Of a stretch of DNA of 64,000 bases, positions 23,711 through 33,420 are shown piece after piece. Where the stretch lies: contig CAWKDB010000010.1 of NCBI GenBank assembly GCA_963848295.1, positions 3,104,001 through 3,168,000 of the forward strand, given 5' to 3'. Numbering within the stretch: position 1 is the stretch's first letter; each line of letters begins with the position of its first letter. The stretch comes from an uncultured delta proteobacterium (GTDB taxonomy: Bacteria; Myxococcota_A; Polyangia; Haliangiales; Haliangiaceae). The position numbers and the translations under genes are program-made. The notes under the pieces are model-generated. The model was not told the DNA's origin and made no database searches. It saw only the letters and a list, made by a program, of their open reading frames with translations.

Positions 23711-25229
23711 CCGGCTGGCAGACGCTCGCGCCGTTGATCTGTGCGTTCGTGCGGAACGTGTTGAGCGCGGTCCACGACGGCACTTCGTTCTGCGGGATCG
23801 TGCCGTCCTCGCGCACGTTCGTGACGTGATAGGTGTGCTCGTTCCAGATCCGGCGCGCCTGGATCCAGCGGTCCTGCACGTCGTGGATCACTTGCACGGT
23901 CGGCGACGCCGCCGCACCGCCGATCGAGTTCGACACGACGACGATGTCGGCCGAGCCGTCGTTGTCGATGTCGGCGACCACCGGATACTCGCTGAGCGTG
24001 CCGCTCGTCCGCGGGATCATCAGCAACACGTGGCCGGTGTTGTCGAACACGAACATCTGCGACTCGTCGGCGTACATCGCCTCGGCCGTGCCACTGCCGA
24101 GGAAGTCGAACGCCGTGCCGGCGGCGATGCCGGATTCGTCCGACACGGGCGCGCTCCACACGACCCCGCCGGTCTGCGAATAGACCGAGTAAAAGCTCGC
24201 CGAGCTCATCGCGTACTCGGCGTGACCGGTGCCGCCGAAGTCGTGGATCGTCGCGGGCCGGAGCCAGTTCGTGCCGCCGACCTCGACGCCCGTCGGTCGG
24301 AGGTCCTGGTACACGACCGTGCCGTCGTGCTTGATCAACGAGATGCCGTTCTCGTTCGTGAGCAGCACTTCGGGCTCGGGATCGTCGTCGAGGTTCGCGA
24401 CTTGCGGATAGCCGGCAGCGAGCGAGGTCTGCCAGTACAGCGTGCCGTCGTAGTGGTACGCGGCGTTGCCGAGGATGACCTCCATGTACCCGTCGCCATC
24501 GAGATCGGCCGCGGTCGTCGAGTTCCAATTCGCCTCCGTGATCGGCGCGGTCCACAGCACGGTACCGTGCTGATCGAACACCGTGTTGCCCCCGATGATC
24601 TCGACGTTGCCGTCGTGATCGAGATCGGCGAGCGCGATCGACCCCGAGTACCACGGGACCGTGCCGGCATCGGTCGTGCCGCCCCATTGTCCGGCCGGTC
24701 CGAAGATCGGCGTCCCGGTGTGATCGAATGCCCACAGCCGGCCGCTGGTATCGACGGTGACGATGTCGGGGATGCCGTCGTGGTTGATGTCGCCGATCGC
24801 CGGTGTGACCGTCGCGTCGACCGCGGTCGGGATCATCAGCTCCTGCGTGCCGGTCTTGCCGTCGAGCAAATAGATGTGACCGGTCGATTGCGGCTCGCCG
24901 GACGAGGTCGAGGCGACGACCACGACGTCGGGGATGTCGCACAGATCGATCGCGCCGTCGCCGTTGTCGTCGGTCAGGTTCGCGACGAGTGGGGTCACGA
25001 TGCTGTACGGCTCGGTCGTGCCGGTCCACGTCCACTTGATCGCCGGCGTGAAGCTGCCGGGCGGTGCGGTCTGCGTGCACGACGGCACCGCATTACCATC
25101 GTCCTGCACCTTGCACTTGTTGACCGGCGGCGCATCGGTCCCGCTGCCGCTATCACCGTTGAGTGGATCGCGTCCGTGAGGACCGCACGCGACGAACGAC
25201 ACGACGATCAGCCAGCTTGCGTTGCGCAC
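23700..25229 (-). CDS. FG-GAP/VCBS-repeat lipoprotein
   Basis: Lipobox FVAC; repeated DxDxDG motifs (GDINHDG, ADLDHDG, ADLDGDG, ADIDNDG); RIWNEHTYHVTN. Confidence 0.85.
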   Translation of the reverse strand: MRNASWLIVVSFVACGPHGRDPLNGDSGSGTDAPPVNKCKVQDDGNAVPSCTQTAPPGSFTPAIKWTWTGTTEPYSIVTPLVANLTDDNGDGAIDLCDIPDVVVVASTSSGEPQSTGHIYLLDGKTGTQELMIPTAVDATVTPAIGDINHDGIPDIVTVDTSGRLWAFDHTGTPIFGPAGQWGGTTDAGTVPWYSGSIALADLDHDGNVEIIGGNTVFDQHGTVLWTAPITEANWNSTTAADLDGDGYMEVILGNAAYHYDGTLYWQTSLAAGYPQVANLDDDPEPEVLLTNENGISLIKHDGTVVYQDLRPTGVEVGGTNWLRPATIHDFGGTGHAEYAMSSASFYSVYSQTGGVVWSAPVSDESGIAAGTAFDFLGSGTAEAMYADESQMFVFDNTGHVLLMIPRTSGTLSEYPVVADIDNDGSADIVVVSNSIGGAAASPTVQVIHDVQDRWIQARRIWNEHTYHVTNVREDGTIPQNEVPSWTALNTFRTNAQINGASVCQPVIP

Positions 25230-25445
25230 GCAGCTGTTAGAGGTCAGTTCTGCTCGCCAGTCAATCTCAGTTTTTCGAGGCGAATGTTACGGCGCGATGT
25301 AGGGCGTCGCCGGCCCGACCAGTGCCACACATTGACTGACTCCCGGTGCGCTTCAGCGTGCCGCAAACTGAATCTTAAGGCCGAGCTGCGTGGACGAGCG
25401 ATAACCTCACGCCGTCCCATGATGTGAAGAAGGTTAGATCGACCC

Positions 25446-25700
25446 ATGGCAAGTCTCCGAGTATTCGCGTTGGTGCTCGCGGTCGGGTGCGTGGGACGCA
25501 ATCAGCCGTCGGCGTTCGATGTCTGGAGCCCGCGCGCGAACCCGCGCACGCCGACCGTGGTCTATGTCGACGGTCGCGTCTATATCGAGCGAGGCGTCGT
25601 GCATGGCGCGCCTCCCCCGGGCACCGTGATTCCGGCGATCGATCCCGAGGTCGGCGCGATGGAGGCACCGACGCCGTCGAGCGTCGTCGAGACGAAGTAG
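25446..25700 (+). CDS. Small hypothetical lipoprotein
   Basis: Lipobox AVGC; purine-rich sequence upstream of the ATG. Confidence 0.55.
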   Translation: MASLRVFALVLAVGCVGRNQPSAFDVWSPRANPRTPTVVYVDGRVYIERGVVHGAPPPGTVIPAIDPEVGAMEAPTPSSVVETK

Positions 25701-25777
25701 CGATGGCCGAGGACCACGGTCGATCGTCGCTCCGTTGTTAACCCGTGTGAATCGGGCCGAAGACGAACCCGTGGTGG

Positions 25778-26110
25778 TCACGGCAGGGTGAACGTGCACC
25801 ACTCACCGCCGCGCTCCGGGGCGGAGACACAGCTCGCCAGCACCGTGCCTCCGGAGTCGAGGAGCGCCGCACGTTGTCGGGTCGTGCCTTCCGCGACGTG
25901 GACCTCGACGCCGTAGTCACCCCGAGCGCACGGGAGATCGACCTCGTCGAGGACACTGGCGCCGTTCTCGAACACCCAGCGCACGGTGACGGCGTTGGCG
26001 GCGGCACACCCTGCCGCATCGAGATTCCAGTGCACGATGTCGGAGTCCAGCGCGCAGCCGGACAACACGAGTAGGAGCGTGCAAACCAAGCGCATGCTCG
26101 AGCCGACCAC
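25778..26110 (-). CDS. Small hypothetical lipoprotein
   Basis: MRLVCTLLLVLSGC lipobox; start may be about 15 nt downstream. Confidence 0.55.
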   Translation of the reverse strand: MVGSSMRLVCTLLLVLSGCALDSDIVHWNLDAAGCAAANAVTVRWVFENGASVLDEVDLPCARGDYGVEVHVAEGTTRQRAALLDSGGTVLASCVSAPERGGEWCTFTLP

Positions 26111-26159
26111 GGCGCGTGGCGCGCATACGTGAAGGTCGGTTTAAATGTCCTAGTACGTC

Positions 26160-26684
26160 CTAGGCCATCGCGCGGGAGCCACCCTCGGGGCCGCGATCCG
26201 GCGCTACGAGCGCGCCGAGGCCGGCCACGATGCCGCACAGCCCGGCGACGAGCAGCAGGTGAAGGCCGATCGCGGGCGTTGCGGTTTCGCCGGGTTCTTG
26301 TGCGATGTGATGGAACAGCGCCCAGATCCCGGCGCTCGCACCGCCGAACAACAGCGCGAACAGCCCGCCGAGTCGGCCGATCTTGCCGCGCACGCTCGTG
26401 AACGCGCCGATGAGCGCGAGCAGTGCGGCGGGTGCGTAGAACGCGAGCAAGACCGTGCGAAAGCCGGTGAGTCCTTCTCTGACCGAGCTCGACACCTTCG
26501 CCTTGTCTTCGGCGGTGCTCGCGGCGTCCTTGACCTCGGCCGCGACTCCAGCTTCGACGACATCGGCGGCGCGCAACAAGCTGAACGCGCTCAGCGACAC
26601 GTTGTCCGCCTTCGCGAACGGCAAGAAGAAGCCGACGAGACCGGCGACGCCGCCGGCGAGCACGATGTATTTCCAGAATTTCAT
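26160..26684 (-). CDS. Hypothetical membrane protein
   Basis: About four hydrophobic segments; ATGA overlap with the upstream gene. Confidence 0.7.
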   Translation of the reverse strand: MKFWKYIVLAGGVAGLVGFFLPFAKADNVSLSAFSLLRAADVVEAGVAAEVKDAASTAEDKAKVSSSVREGLTGFRTVLLAFYAPAALLALIGAFTSVRGKIGRLGGLFALLFGGASAGIWALFHHIAQEPGETATPAIGLHLLLVAGLCGIVAGLGALVAPDRGPEGGSRAMA

Positions 26685-27919
26685 GGTTTGGTCTCGGGTG
26701 GAGGGGCTTTGAGTTTCTGCGCGAGCTCACCGGCGATCGCGCTCGCTTCTTCGACCGGCTGACCGGCGGCCATTCGCTCGTACATCTCTTCGACCTTTTC
26801 GTCACGAGCGAGCTCGATCTCGCTCGGCGGCACGTCGCCGGGGAGCTCGACCCGAAGCTCGCGCACGACCATCCGCATGCCCGCTGCGATCGGCAACGCG
26901 AGCAACGCGCCGAGCACGCCGAGCAGCGTTCCGCCGATGAGTAGCGCGAGGAGCACGACCGCCGGCGACAGCCGGAGCACGCGACCGTACACGCGCGGTA
27001 CGAGGATCCGACTCTCGAATTCTTGGTAGAGGAACATCGCGATCGCGACGATCGCGATCGGCAGTCCGCCCATGCCGGACACCGCGATGATCGCCGGCGC
27101 GCTCGCCAGATAGCCGCCGACGAACGGGATGATATCGGTGAGCCCGGCGAACAACGCGAGGGCGAGCGCATCCGCGACATGGAACGCGGTCAACAGGCCG
27201 AACGTGAACACCGAGATCGCCGCGGACGTGATCAGCTGCCCGCGCATGTACCCGCCGACGATCGTCTTGAGCTCGAGCAGGATCCTCGCGAGCTTGACGT
27301 GATGATGACGCGGCACGACCGCGTAGATCGCGCCCCGCGCGCGCCCCGGATCGGCGAGCAGGTACAGCGCCAGGAAGATCGTCGTCACCGCGTAGCCGAG
27401 GTACGTGAGGATCAGGCTCCACTGGCTCGCGAACGAAACCCCGGCCTGGATCTCCGACTGCTCGAGCGGCACCGCGCGGATCGCCTTGATGAACGGTGCG
27501 GCCCACCGGTATTGGTTGAGGAACACGATGACTTTTTGGCGCTCGGCCGGGAGGTTCTCGACGATGTTCTGGAGCTGGGCGAGCAGCGGGGGCAGCGTGA
27601 TCGCGAGGACGCCCGCGATCAGCAGCGCCACGACGAAGAACACGACGATCAACGCGCGCCCGCGACGAATGCCGCGGCGCTCGAACCAACCGACCAGCGG
27701 ATCGAACGTGCCGACGAGCACGAGCGCGACGAGGACGATGACCCACACCGTCCAGAGCTCGCGGATGAGCCACGCCGCCGCGAACGCGAACGCGACGTAG
27801 AAGATCGTGCGCGGTGCGATCTCGATGCGCAGGTTCTTCGAACGAACCGCGCCGCCGTCCGGTGCACCCGGCCGGGGCCGTACCGGCGCTCGAGCTGCGG
27901 TCGGCTGATCGTCGGCCAC
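26681..27919 (-). CDS. AI-2E family transporter
   Basis: GGYMRGQL, IPFVGG, QEFESRILVPRVYG, GALLALPIAA. Confidence 0.9.
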   Translation of the reverse strand: MADDQPTAARAPVRPRPGAPDGGAVRSKNLRIEIAPRTIFYVAFAFAAAWLIRELWTVWVIVLVALVLVGTFDPLVGWFERRGIRRGRALIVVFFVVALLIAGVLAITLPPLLAQLQNIVENLPAERQKVIVFLNQYRWAAPFIKAIRAVPLEQSEIQAGVSFASQWSLILTYLGYAVTTIFLALYLLADPGRARGAIYAVVPRHHHVKLARILLELKTIVGGYMRGQLITSAAISVFTFGLLTAFHVADALALALFAGLTDIIPFVGGYLASAPAIIAVSGMGGLPIAIVAIAMFLYQEFESRILVPRVYGRVLRLSPAVVLLALLIGGTLLGVLGALLALPIAAGMRMVVRELRVELPGDVPPSEIELARDEKVEEMYERMAAGQPVEEASAIAGELAQKLKAPPPETKP

Positions 27920-27935
27920 GCCGAACAGTAACAGC

Positions 27936-28370
27936 TTACGAGCTGATGCGTTCGGCGCTGGGGCGCTTCGGCCCGGTCGGTTCGTCTTCGATCTCGTCGA
28001 TGACCTTGACGGGGCGAACCTCGCCGAGCAGGCGGGCGACGGCGGTCACGAGCTCGGCCGGCTCGCACGGCTTCGGGACGAATGCGGCGGCGCCGATCCT
28101 GACGGAGATCTCGGGAGCGTGCGGCGATCCGGACACGAGCACGACCGGCGGCGCATCGGGCAACGACTCGATACTGCGCGCGAGCTCGATGACGCCGACC
28201 CGCGGGTCGTACGAATCGATGACGACGGCGTCGATGCCGCCCTCGCGCAGCCGCGCCGAGGCTTCGGTGATCGCGACTGCGACCAGCACCTCGTGGCCGG
28301 CCAGGTTGATCGCCGAGCTCCACCGATCGCGGGTATCCGGATCGGTGTTGACGAGCAGAACGGTACCCAC
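27936..28370 (-). CDS. Response regulator (atypical acidic pocket)
   Basis: VLLVNTD...VVID...LVSGS...FVPKP receiver pattern. Confidence 0.8.
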   Translation of the reverse strand: MGTVLLVNTDPDTRDRWSSAINLAGHEVLVAVAITEASARLREGGIDAVVIDSYDPRVGVIELARSIESLPDAPPVVLVSGSPHAPEISVRIGAAAFVPKPCEPAELVTAVARLLGEVRPVKVIDEIEDEPTGPKRPSAERISS

Positions 28371-28433
28371 GATCCCCAGCGTAGCGCGCGTGGCCGCCGA
28401 GGACGATGCGCGAAGCGGCTTTTCGTCGTCGGG

Positions 28434-31400
28434 CTAGTCCTGCGACGAGCCCGGCGGATTCGACTTGCGTTTGGCGCGCGCGTGACCCTCGGCCCAGCCG
28501 ATTTCCTTGGTCAGGGTCATCGCGTCCTGGAGCCGGTTCGGCACGATGACCGCGGCCCGGGTCGGCGCATCGCTCAGCAACAGCTCGGCGGTCGCGCGCC
28601 GGTCGCCGAGGCTGCGCATTTCGGCGATCGCGGCCTGGCGGTAACGCTCCGCCTTGCCGCCGAGGCCGGCTTTGTCGCAGAGCGTCGCGAGCAGTTGCTG
28701 GACGCGCGCGGCTCCGAGCCGCGATCGGACGCGTTGCGCATGCACGAGCGCGGCTTCGGCGAGGCGCAGCGCGCGATACGAATCGCCACCGGCTTCGACG
28801 AGCTGCGCTTGCGCCCGCAACACGCGCCAGAACGGCTCGGGGCCGGTGACCGCGGTGAACCCCTCGCCGAGGGTCGCGACGTCGATGCACTCGACGAGCT
28901 CGCGATTCGCGCCGTCGGGATCGCCGGCGCGCAGCAGCGCCGCCGACAGGTCCAAGTACAGCTCGCACACGAGGTTCATGTCGCCCGAGCCGATCGCGCG
29001 ACCGGCGCCGCGGCGGAGCGCTGCGATCGCGCCGTCGACGTCGCCTTCGCCGAGCGCGATCGCCGCCGCTGCTCGATCGACGAGCGACACCAGCGAGGGC
29101 GCACTCGACCAATCCCGCGCTTCGGACAGGATCCCGCGGGCCAGCGCGGTCTCGCCGCGAATGCGCAGGACGTCGGCGAGCTTGACCGAGAGCTGGACGA
29201 ACTGCTTCTCCGCCGTGCCGTCGTCGTCGCCGGATTGCACCGCTTGGCGGACCGCGACGAGCGCCCGGTAGAAGAACTGGCCGGCGCCGGTGTCGTCGAG
29301 CTGTTCGGCGGCGTGATCGCCGGCGCGGCGCAGCAGGCCGATCGCTTCTTTCGCATGCCCGGCGAGGTCGTGGTGATGCCCGAGCAGGCCGACGTCGTGC
29401 GACATCGCTTGCACCGCGGCGGCCGCACTCGCGTGCAGCGACCGTCGAACATCGGCCGGCGTCGCGTCGTACACGATGTCGCGCACGAGCCGGCTCGTGA
29501 ACACGAGGCCTTGAGACGGATCGCGACCGAGGATGCCGTGCGTTTCGGCGTCGGTGACCGCCGGCTCGAGCGCCTCGCTCGGCAACATCGCGCGCAGCAG
29601 ATCGAGCTGCGGCTCGCTGCCGAGCACCGCGGCGGCCTGGAGCACGTCGCGCGTCGACTTCGCGAGCATCGACAGGCGCGCCGCCACCAAGTCGGGCAGT
29701 GACGACGTCGTGTCTTCCGCCTTGCCGCCCTCGAGGATGTAGCGCACGACGTGCTCGACGTGGCCGGGGAACGCACGCGTCGTCTCGAACAGCGCCTGCA
29801 CCGTCGGCAGGCCGCGCAGGCCGCTCTTCGTCAGCGCCGCGCTGATCGCTTCGAGATCGTTGGCTTCGAGCGCGCCGACTTCGAGCCGGGCGACCGCCGC
29901 GGGCCATTGCGCGCCGAACTCGCTGTGCGCGGTCATCGCGATCGGGGGCAGCAACAGCTCTCCGACCTCGGTCGCGCGCCGCAGGATCTCGAGCGACGGG
30001 TGATCGAAGCGGTCGACGTCCTCGCACACGATCGCGACCGGGCCATGCGCGGCCGCCCGCTCGATCGCGCGCAGCGCCGACCAGACGATCTCGCGCCGGC
30101 GGACCGGCGGCTCGAGCTCGAGCAACGTCGTCGGGTGGCCGAACAGCTGCGCGAGGCCCGGGAGGTCGCGCTCGTTGAGCCCGAGGCCGAGCACCGCGGT
30201 CCGCAGCTCGGCCTCGCTCGAGGCGGCGGGCAGCTGCAAGATCGCCGCGAGCAGCGAGCGAATCGGATAGAACGGCGCGGCGAGCCCGCTCGGATCGGGG
30301 CCGACTTGATAGATCACGCGCCCGTCGGCGGACAGCTGGTCGTACGCGGTGTGCAGGAGCGAGCTGCGACCGGCGCCTTCCGGTCCGACGACGAGCAGGC
30401 CGGCTTGCACGCCGGGCGCGCGCCGCAGGTGATGCAGCAGCGCGGACAGCTCGTCGACGCGGCCGGTGAACGGCAGCGGCAGCACGTCGGACAGGCTCGC
30501 CTGCGGCATCGGGATCTCGAATGTCTTCGAGACCCGCGCGCGCGGCGCACCGCACTCCGGGCAGAACTTGAACGACGGCGCGCACGCGTGGCCGCACGCT
30601 TGGCAGCGATCGGTCGCCGGCAGGCTGCGCATCCGCGCGCGGATCTGGAGCAGCGCATCGCGCATGTCGGCTGCGGAGCCGTAGCGATCGGTCGGATGCT
30701 TCGCGAGCGCCTTGCCGATGACGTTGTCGAGCGCCTTCGGGACCTCGGAGCGGCGGTGGGTCAAGAGTGCCGGGGTCGCGCGCAGATGGTTCGTCAGGAT
30801 CTCGGTGGTCGAGCCGGCGAAGAACGGCGTCTTCTCGATGATCAGCTCGTACAAGATGATGCCGACCGCGTAGATGTCGGATGCAAACGACGGTGGCGCG
30901 CCGCCGATCACTTCAGGCGCCATATACTCCGGCGTCCCCGAGATCGAGCGGTCTTGCTCTTCGCGCACTCCGGTGACCAGCCGCGCGATGCCGAAGTCGA
31001 CGATCTTGACGGTGTCGATGCCAGCGCGCCGCTGATCGAGGATGATGTTGTCGGCCTTGAGATCGGCGTGAACGACGCCGGCGAGGTGCGCCTCTTCGAT
31101 CCCGGCGAGCGCCTGACACACGATATCGATGACGCGCTCGACGCCGAGCGGGTTCTCGTTGACGAGCAGCTGGGTGAGCGTCGGGCCCTTGACGTACTCC
31201 ATCGCGAGATAGAGCAAGCCGTCGGGCGCCTGGCCGTAGTCGATGATCGAGACGCAGTTCGGATGGTTGAGCCGGGACGCGCTCGTCGCCTCGTCGCGAA
31301 ACCGCTTGATCATCCGCGGGTCGCTCGACAGCTCCTCGTTGAGGATCTTGATCGCGACCGTGCGACCGAGCGTCATCTGGTCGGCCTTGTAGACCGCACC

Positions 31401-31502
31401 CGATCCGCCGATCCCGATGCAGGCGGTCAGCTTGAACTTGTCGCCGAGGACTCGGCCGACGAGCTTGAGCGACTTTTGAACCTGATCCTGCACGGAAACC
31501 AT
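28434..31502 (-). CDS. Ser/Thr kinase + zinc ribbon + AAA ATPase-like domain + helical-repeat protein
   Basis: GIGGSG, VAIK, HADLKADN, DFG, GTPEYMAPE; CQACG/CPECG; PFTGRVDEL, GPEGAGRSS, EDVDRFD. Confidence 0.9.
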   Translation of the reverse strand: MVSVQDQVQKSLKLVGRVLGDKFKLTACIGIGGSGAVYKADQMTLGRTVAIKILNEELSSDPRMIKRFRDEATSASRLNHPNCVSIIDYGQAPDGLLYLAMEYVKGPTLTQLLVNENPLGVERVIDIVCQALAGIEEAHLAGVVHADLKADNIILDQRRAGIDTVKIVDFGIARLVTGVREEQDRSISGTPEYMAPEVIGGAPPSFASDIYAVGIILYELIIEKTPFFAGSTTEILTNHLRATPALLTHRRSEVPKALDNVIGKALAKHPTDRYGSAADMRDALLQIRARMRSLPATDRCQACGHACAPSFKFCPECGAPRARVSKTFEIPMPQASLSDVLPLPFTGRVDELSALLHHLRRAPGVQAGLLVVGPEGAGRSSLLHTAYDQLSADGRVIYQVGPDPSGLAAPFYPIRSLLAAILQLPAASSEAELRTAVLGLGLNERDLPGLAQLFGHPTTLLELEPPVRRREIVWSALRAIERAAAHGPVAIVCEDVDRFDHPSLEILRRATEVGELLLPPIAMTAHSEFGAQWPAAVARLEVGALEANDLEAISAALTKSGLRGLPTVQALFETTRAFPGHVEHVVRYILEGGKAEDTTSSLPDLVAARLSMLAKSTRDVLQAAAVLGSEPQLDLLRAMLPSEALEPAVTDAETHGILGRDPSQGLVFTSRLVRDIVYDATPADVRRSLHASAAAAVQAMSHDVGLLGHHHDLAGHAKEAIGLLRRAGDHAAEQLDDTGAGQFFYRALVAVRQAVQSGDDDGTAEKQFVQLSVKLADVLRIRGETALARGILSEARDWSSAPSLVSLVDRAAAAIALGEGDVDGAIAALRRGAGRAIGSGDMNLVCELYLDLSAALLRAGDPDGANRELVECIDVATLGEGFTAVTGPEPFWRVLRAQAQLVEAGGDSYRALRLAEAALVHAQRVRSRLGAARVQQLLATLCDKAGLGGKAERYRQAAIAEMRSLGDRRATAELLLSDAPTRAAVIVPNRLQDAMTLTKEIGWAEGHARAKRKSNPPGSSQD

Positions 31503-31573
31503 AGCCTACTCGCCCCTTACCCTCGCGGATCAAAGCTGGACTTGGAAAACGTCGCACGGAGTGGGTGGTCGCG

Positions 31574-32782
31574 TCACGCCCGTTCGATGATCATCGCGAT
31601 CCCCTGGCCGACCCCGATGCACATCGCCGCCAACCCGAAACCCAGCTGGCGGCGCTCGAGCTCGAGCATCAGGGTCAGCACGAGCCGTGCTCCAGAAGCG
31701 CCGAGCGGATGGCCCAGGGCGATCGCACCGCCGTTGACGTTCACCCGCTCCGGATCGAGGCCGATCTGCTCGATCGATGGGATGGCCTGGGCCGCGAACG
31801 CTTCGTTGAGCTCAGCAAGATCGATACGTTGCGCGGTCAGGCCGGCTCGCGCGAGCGCCTTCTTGCTGGCCGGGATCGGCCCGAGCCCCATGTAGCTCGG
31901 CTCGACGCCCGCCGCCGCCGCGGTCACGAACCGGGCTTTGGAGGACAGGCCGAGCTCCTTGACCGCCGCCTCGCTCGCGACCAGCACGGCCGCCGCGCCG
32001 TCGTTCAACCCGGAGGCGTTGCCGGCGGTCACCGTGCCGGCTTTTGCAAATGCGGGACGGAGCTTCGCGAGCTGCTCGAGCGTGGTCTCGGGCCGGGGGT
32101 GTTCGTCGGCCGCGACCGTGATCGCGGCGCCGGTCTTCCTGTCGGCACCACTGGTGATCGGCGTGATCTCGAGCGCCATGCGGCCGCTCGCGATCGCCGC
32201 GGCGGCGCGCTGTTGCGACGTGATCGCGAACCGATCCTGCGCCTCGCGCGACACGTTGCAGCGCTCGGCGACCTTCTCCGCGGTCTCACCCATCGCGAGC
32301 GTGCCGTGCGCCTCGTTCATCTTTGGATTGACGAATCGCCAGCCGAGCGTCGTGTCGTAGATCGTCTGGTTGCCGCGCGGGAACGCCTCGGTGGCTTTGG
32401 CCATGACGAGCGGCGACCGCGACATGTTCTCGACCCCACCGGCGATGACGAGCTCGGCATCGCCGGTCGCGACCAGGCGGGCCGCATCTGCGATCGCCTG
32501 CATGCCCGAGCCGCACAGCCGATTGACCGTCACGCCGGGGACGGACACGGGCAAGCCGGCGAGCAACGCCGCCATCCGCGCGACGTTGCGGTTATCTTCG
32601 CCGGCCTGGTTCGCGCAGCCGAGGATGACGTCGTCGATGCGATCGGCTGGCAGCTTGGTCTTCGCGACCAGCGCCGCGATCACCGCGGCGGCGAGGTCGT
32701 CGGCTCGCACGCCTGCGAGGCCGCCGCCGTAGCGACCGAAAGGGGACCGGAGACCGTCGACGAGATAGGCCGCGCGCGTCAT
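31574..32782 (-). CDS. Acetyl-CoA C-acyltransferase (thiolase, PcaF/PaaJ-like)
   Basis: GCANQAGEDNRNVARM, NRLCGSG, NEAFAAQ, GHPLGASG, MCIGVGQG. Confidence 0.95.
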   Translation of the reverse strand: MTRAAYLVDGLRSPFGRYGGGLAGVRADDLAAAVIAALVAKTKLPADRIDDVILGCANQAGEDNRNVARMAALLAGLPVSVPGVTVNRLCGSGMQAIADAARLVATGDAELVIAGGVENMSRSPLVMAKATEAFPRGNQTIYDTTLGWRFVNPKMNEAHGTLAMGETAEKVAERCNVSREAQDRFAITSQQRAAAAIASGRMALEITPITSGADRKTGAAITVAADEHPRPETTLEQLAKLRPAFAKAGTVTAGNASGLNDGAAAVLVASEAAVKELGLSSKARFVTAAAAGVEPSYMGLGPIPASKKALARAGLTAQRIDLAELNEAFAAQAIPSIEQIGLDPERVNVNGGAIALGHPLGASGARLVLTLMLELERRQLGFGLAAMCIGVGQGIAMIIERA

Positions 32783-32916
32783 CGGCGCACTTTAGCCTGA
32801 GGGCGCACCGATCGCTCGGCTGTTCGGCGTAGCAAGCACAGCCGAAGCCTCACGCCCGAAGGCCCCAGTGGGTCCGAAAACTGGCGCCCGGCAGCGCCGC
32901 TACCTAGGGTCTCTCC

Positions 32917-33324
32917 ATGGTCCACGACATGCCCTCCGACCCCGAAGCCGATGCGAGCTGGCTCGCGATCCGCCAGCCCGCGGTCGTCCGGATGCTCGAG
33001 CTCGAGCTGGCGAGCCGTGACGGTGATGCGTTCGCCGCCGGGTTGGAGCTCGCGTGCCGGGTGCTCGGCGGTCGCACGCCGATCGGCGACATGCGGCTCG
33101 AGCACTCCGCGCTGTCCACGGGCCTGCGCGCGGTTCGCGCCGGTCGCTGCGATCGAGCGATGGTGCGCTCGCTGCGCGATCAGATCGACGAGCTCTCGGT
33201 CGCGCTGACCACCGTCGAGCAAGACGCCGTCGCCACCGCGATCGCCGCGATCATCTACGCGGTGCTCGATACGAGCGTGCGCGAGCTCGACGACACGCTG
33301 ATCCGATCCGCCGTCAGCGCGTAG
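32917..33324 (+). CDS. Hypothetical protein
   Basis: 135-aa helical ORF divergent from the thiolase. Confidence 0.6.
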   Translation: MVHDMPSDPEADASWLAIRQPAVVRMLELELASRDGDAFAAGLELACRVLGGRTPIGDMRLEHSALSTGLRAVRAGRCDRAMVRSLRDQIDELSVALTTVEQDAVATAIAAIIYAVLDTSVRELDDTLIRSAVSA

Positions 33325-33420
33325 CTACGCGCGCGGTACTTGCGGCAACCGATCGAAATCAGCGTCGCGGGTCAGCAGTCCGGGCGCACGCTCGCGGTCG
33401 GGTCCACCCCCTCGTGCGCC

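Noticed and set aside
25230..25445. Possible ncRNA or riboswitch in a lower-GC intergenic region
   Set aside because: No recognisable motif; adequately explained as a divergent promoter region
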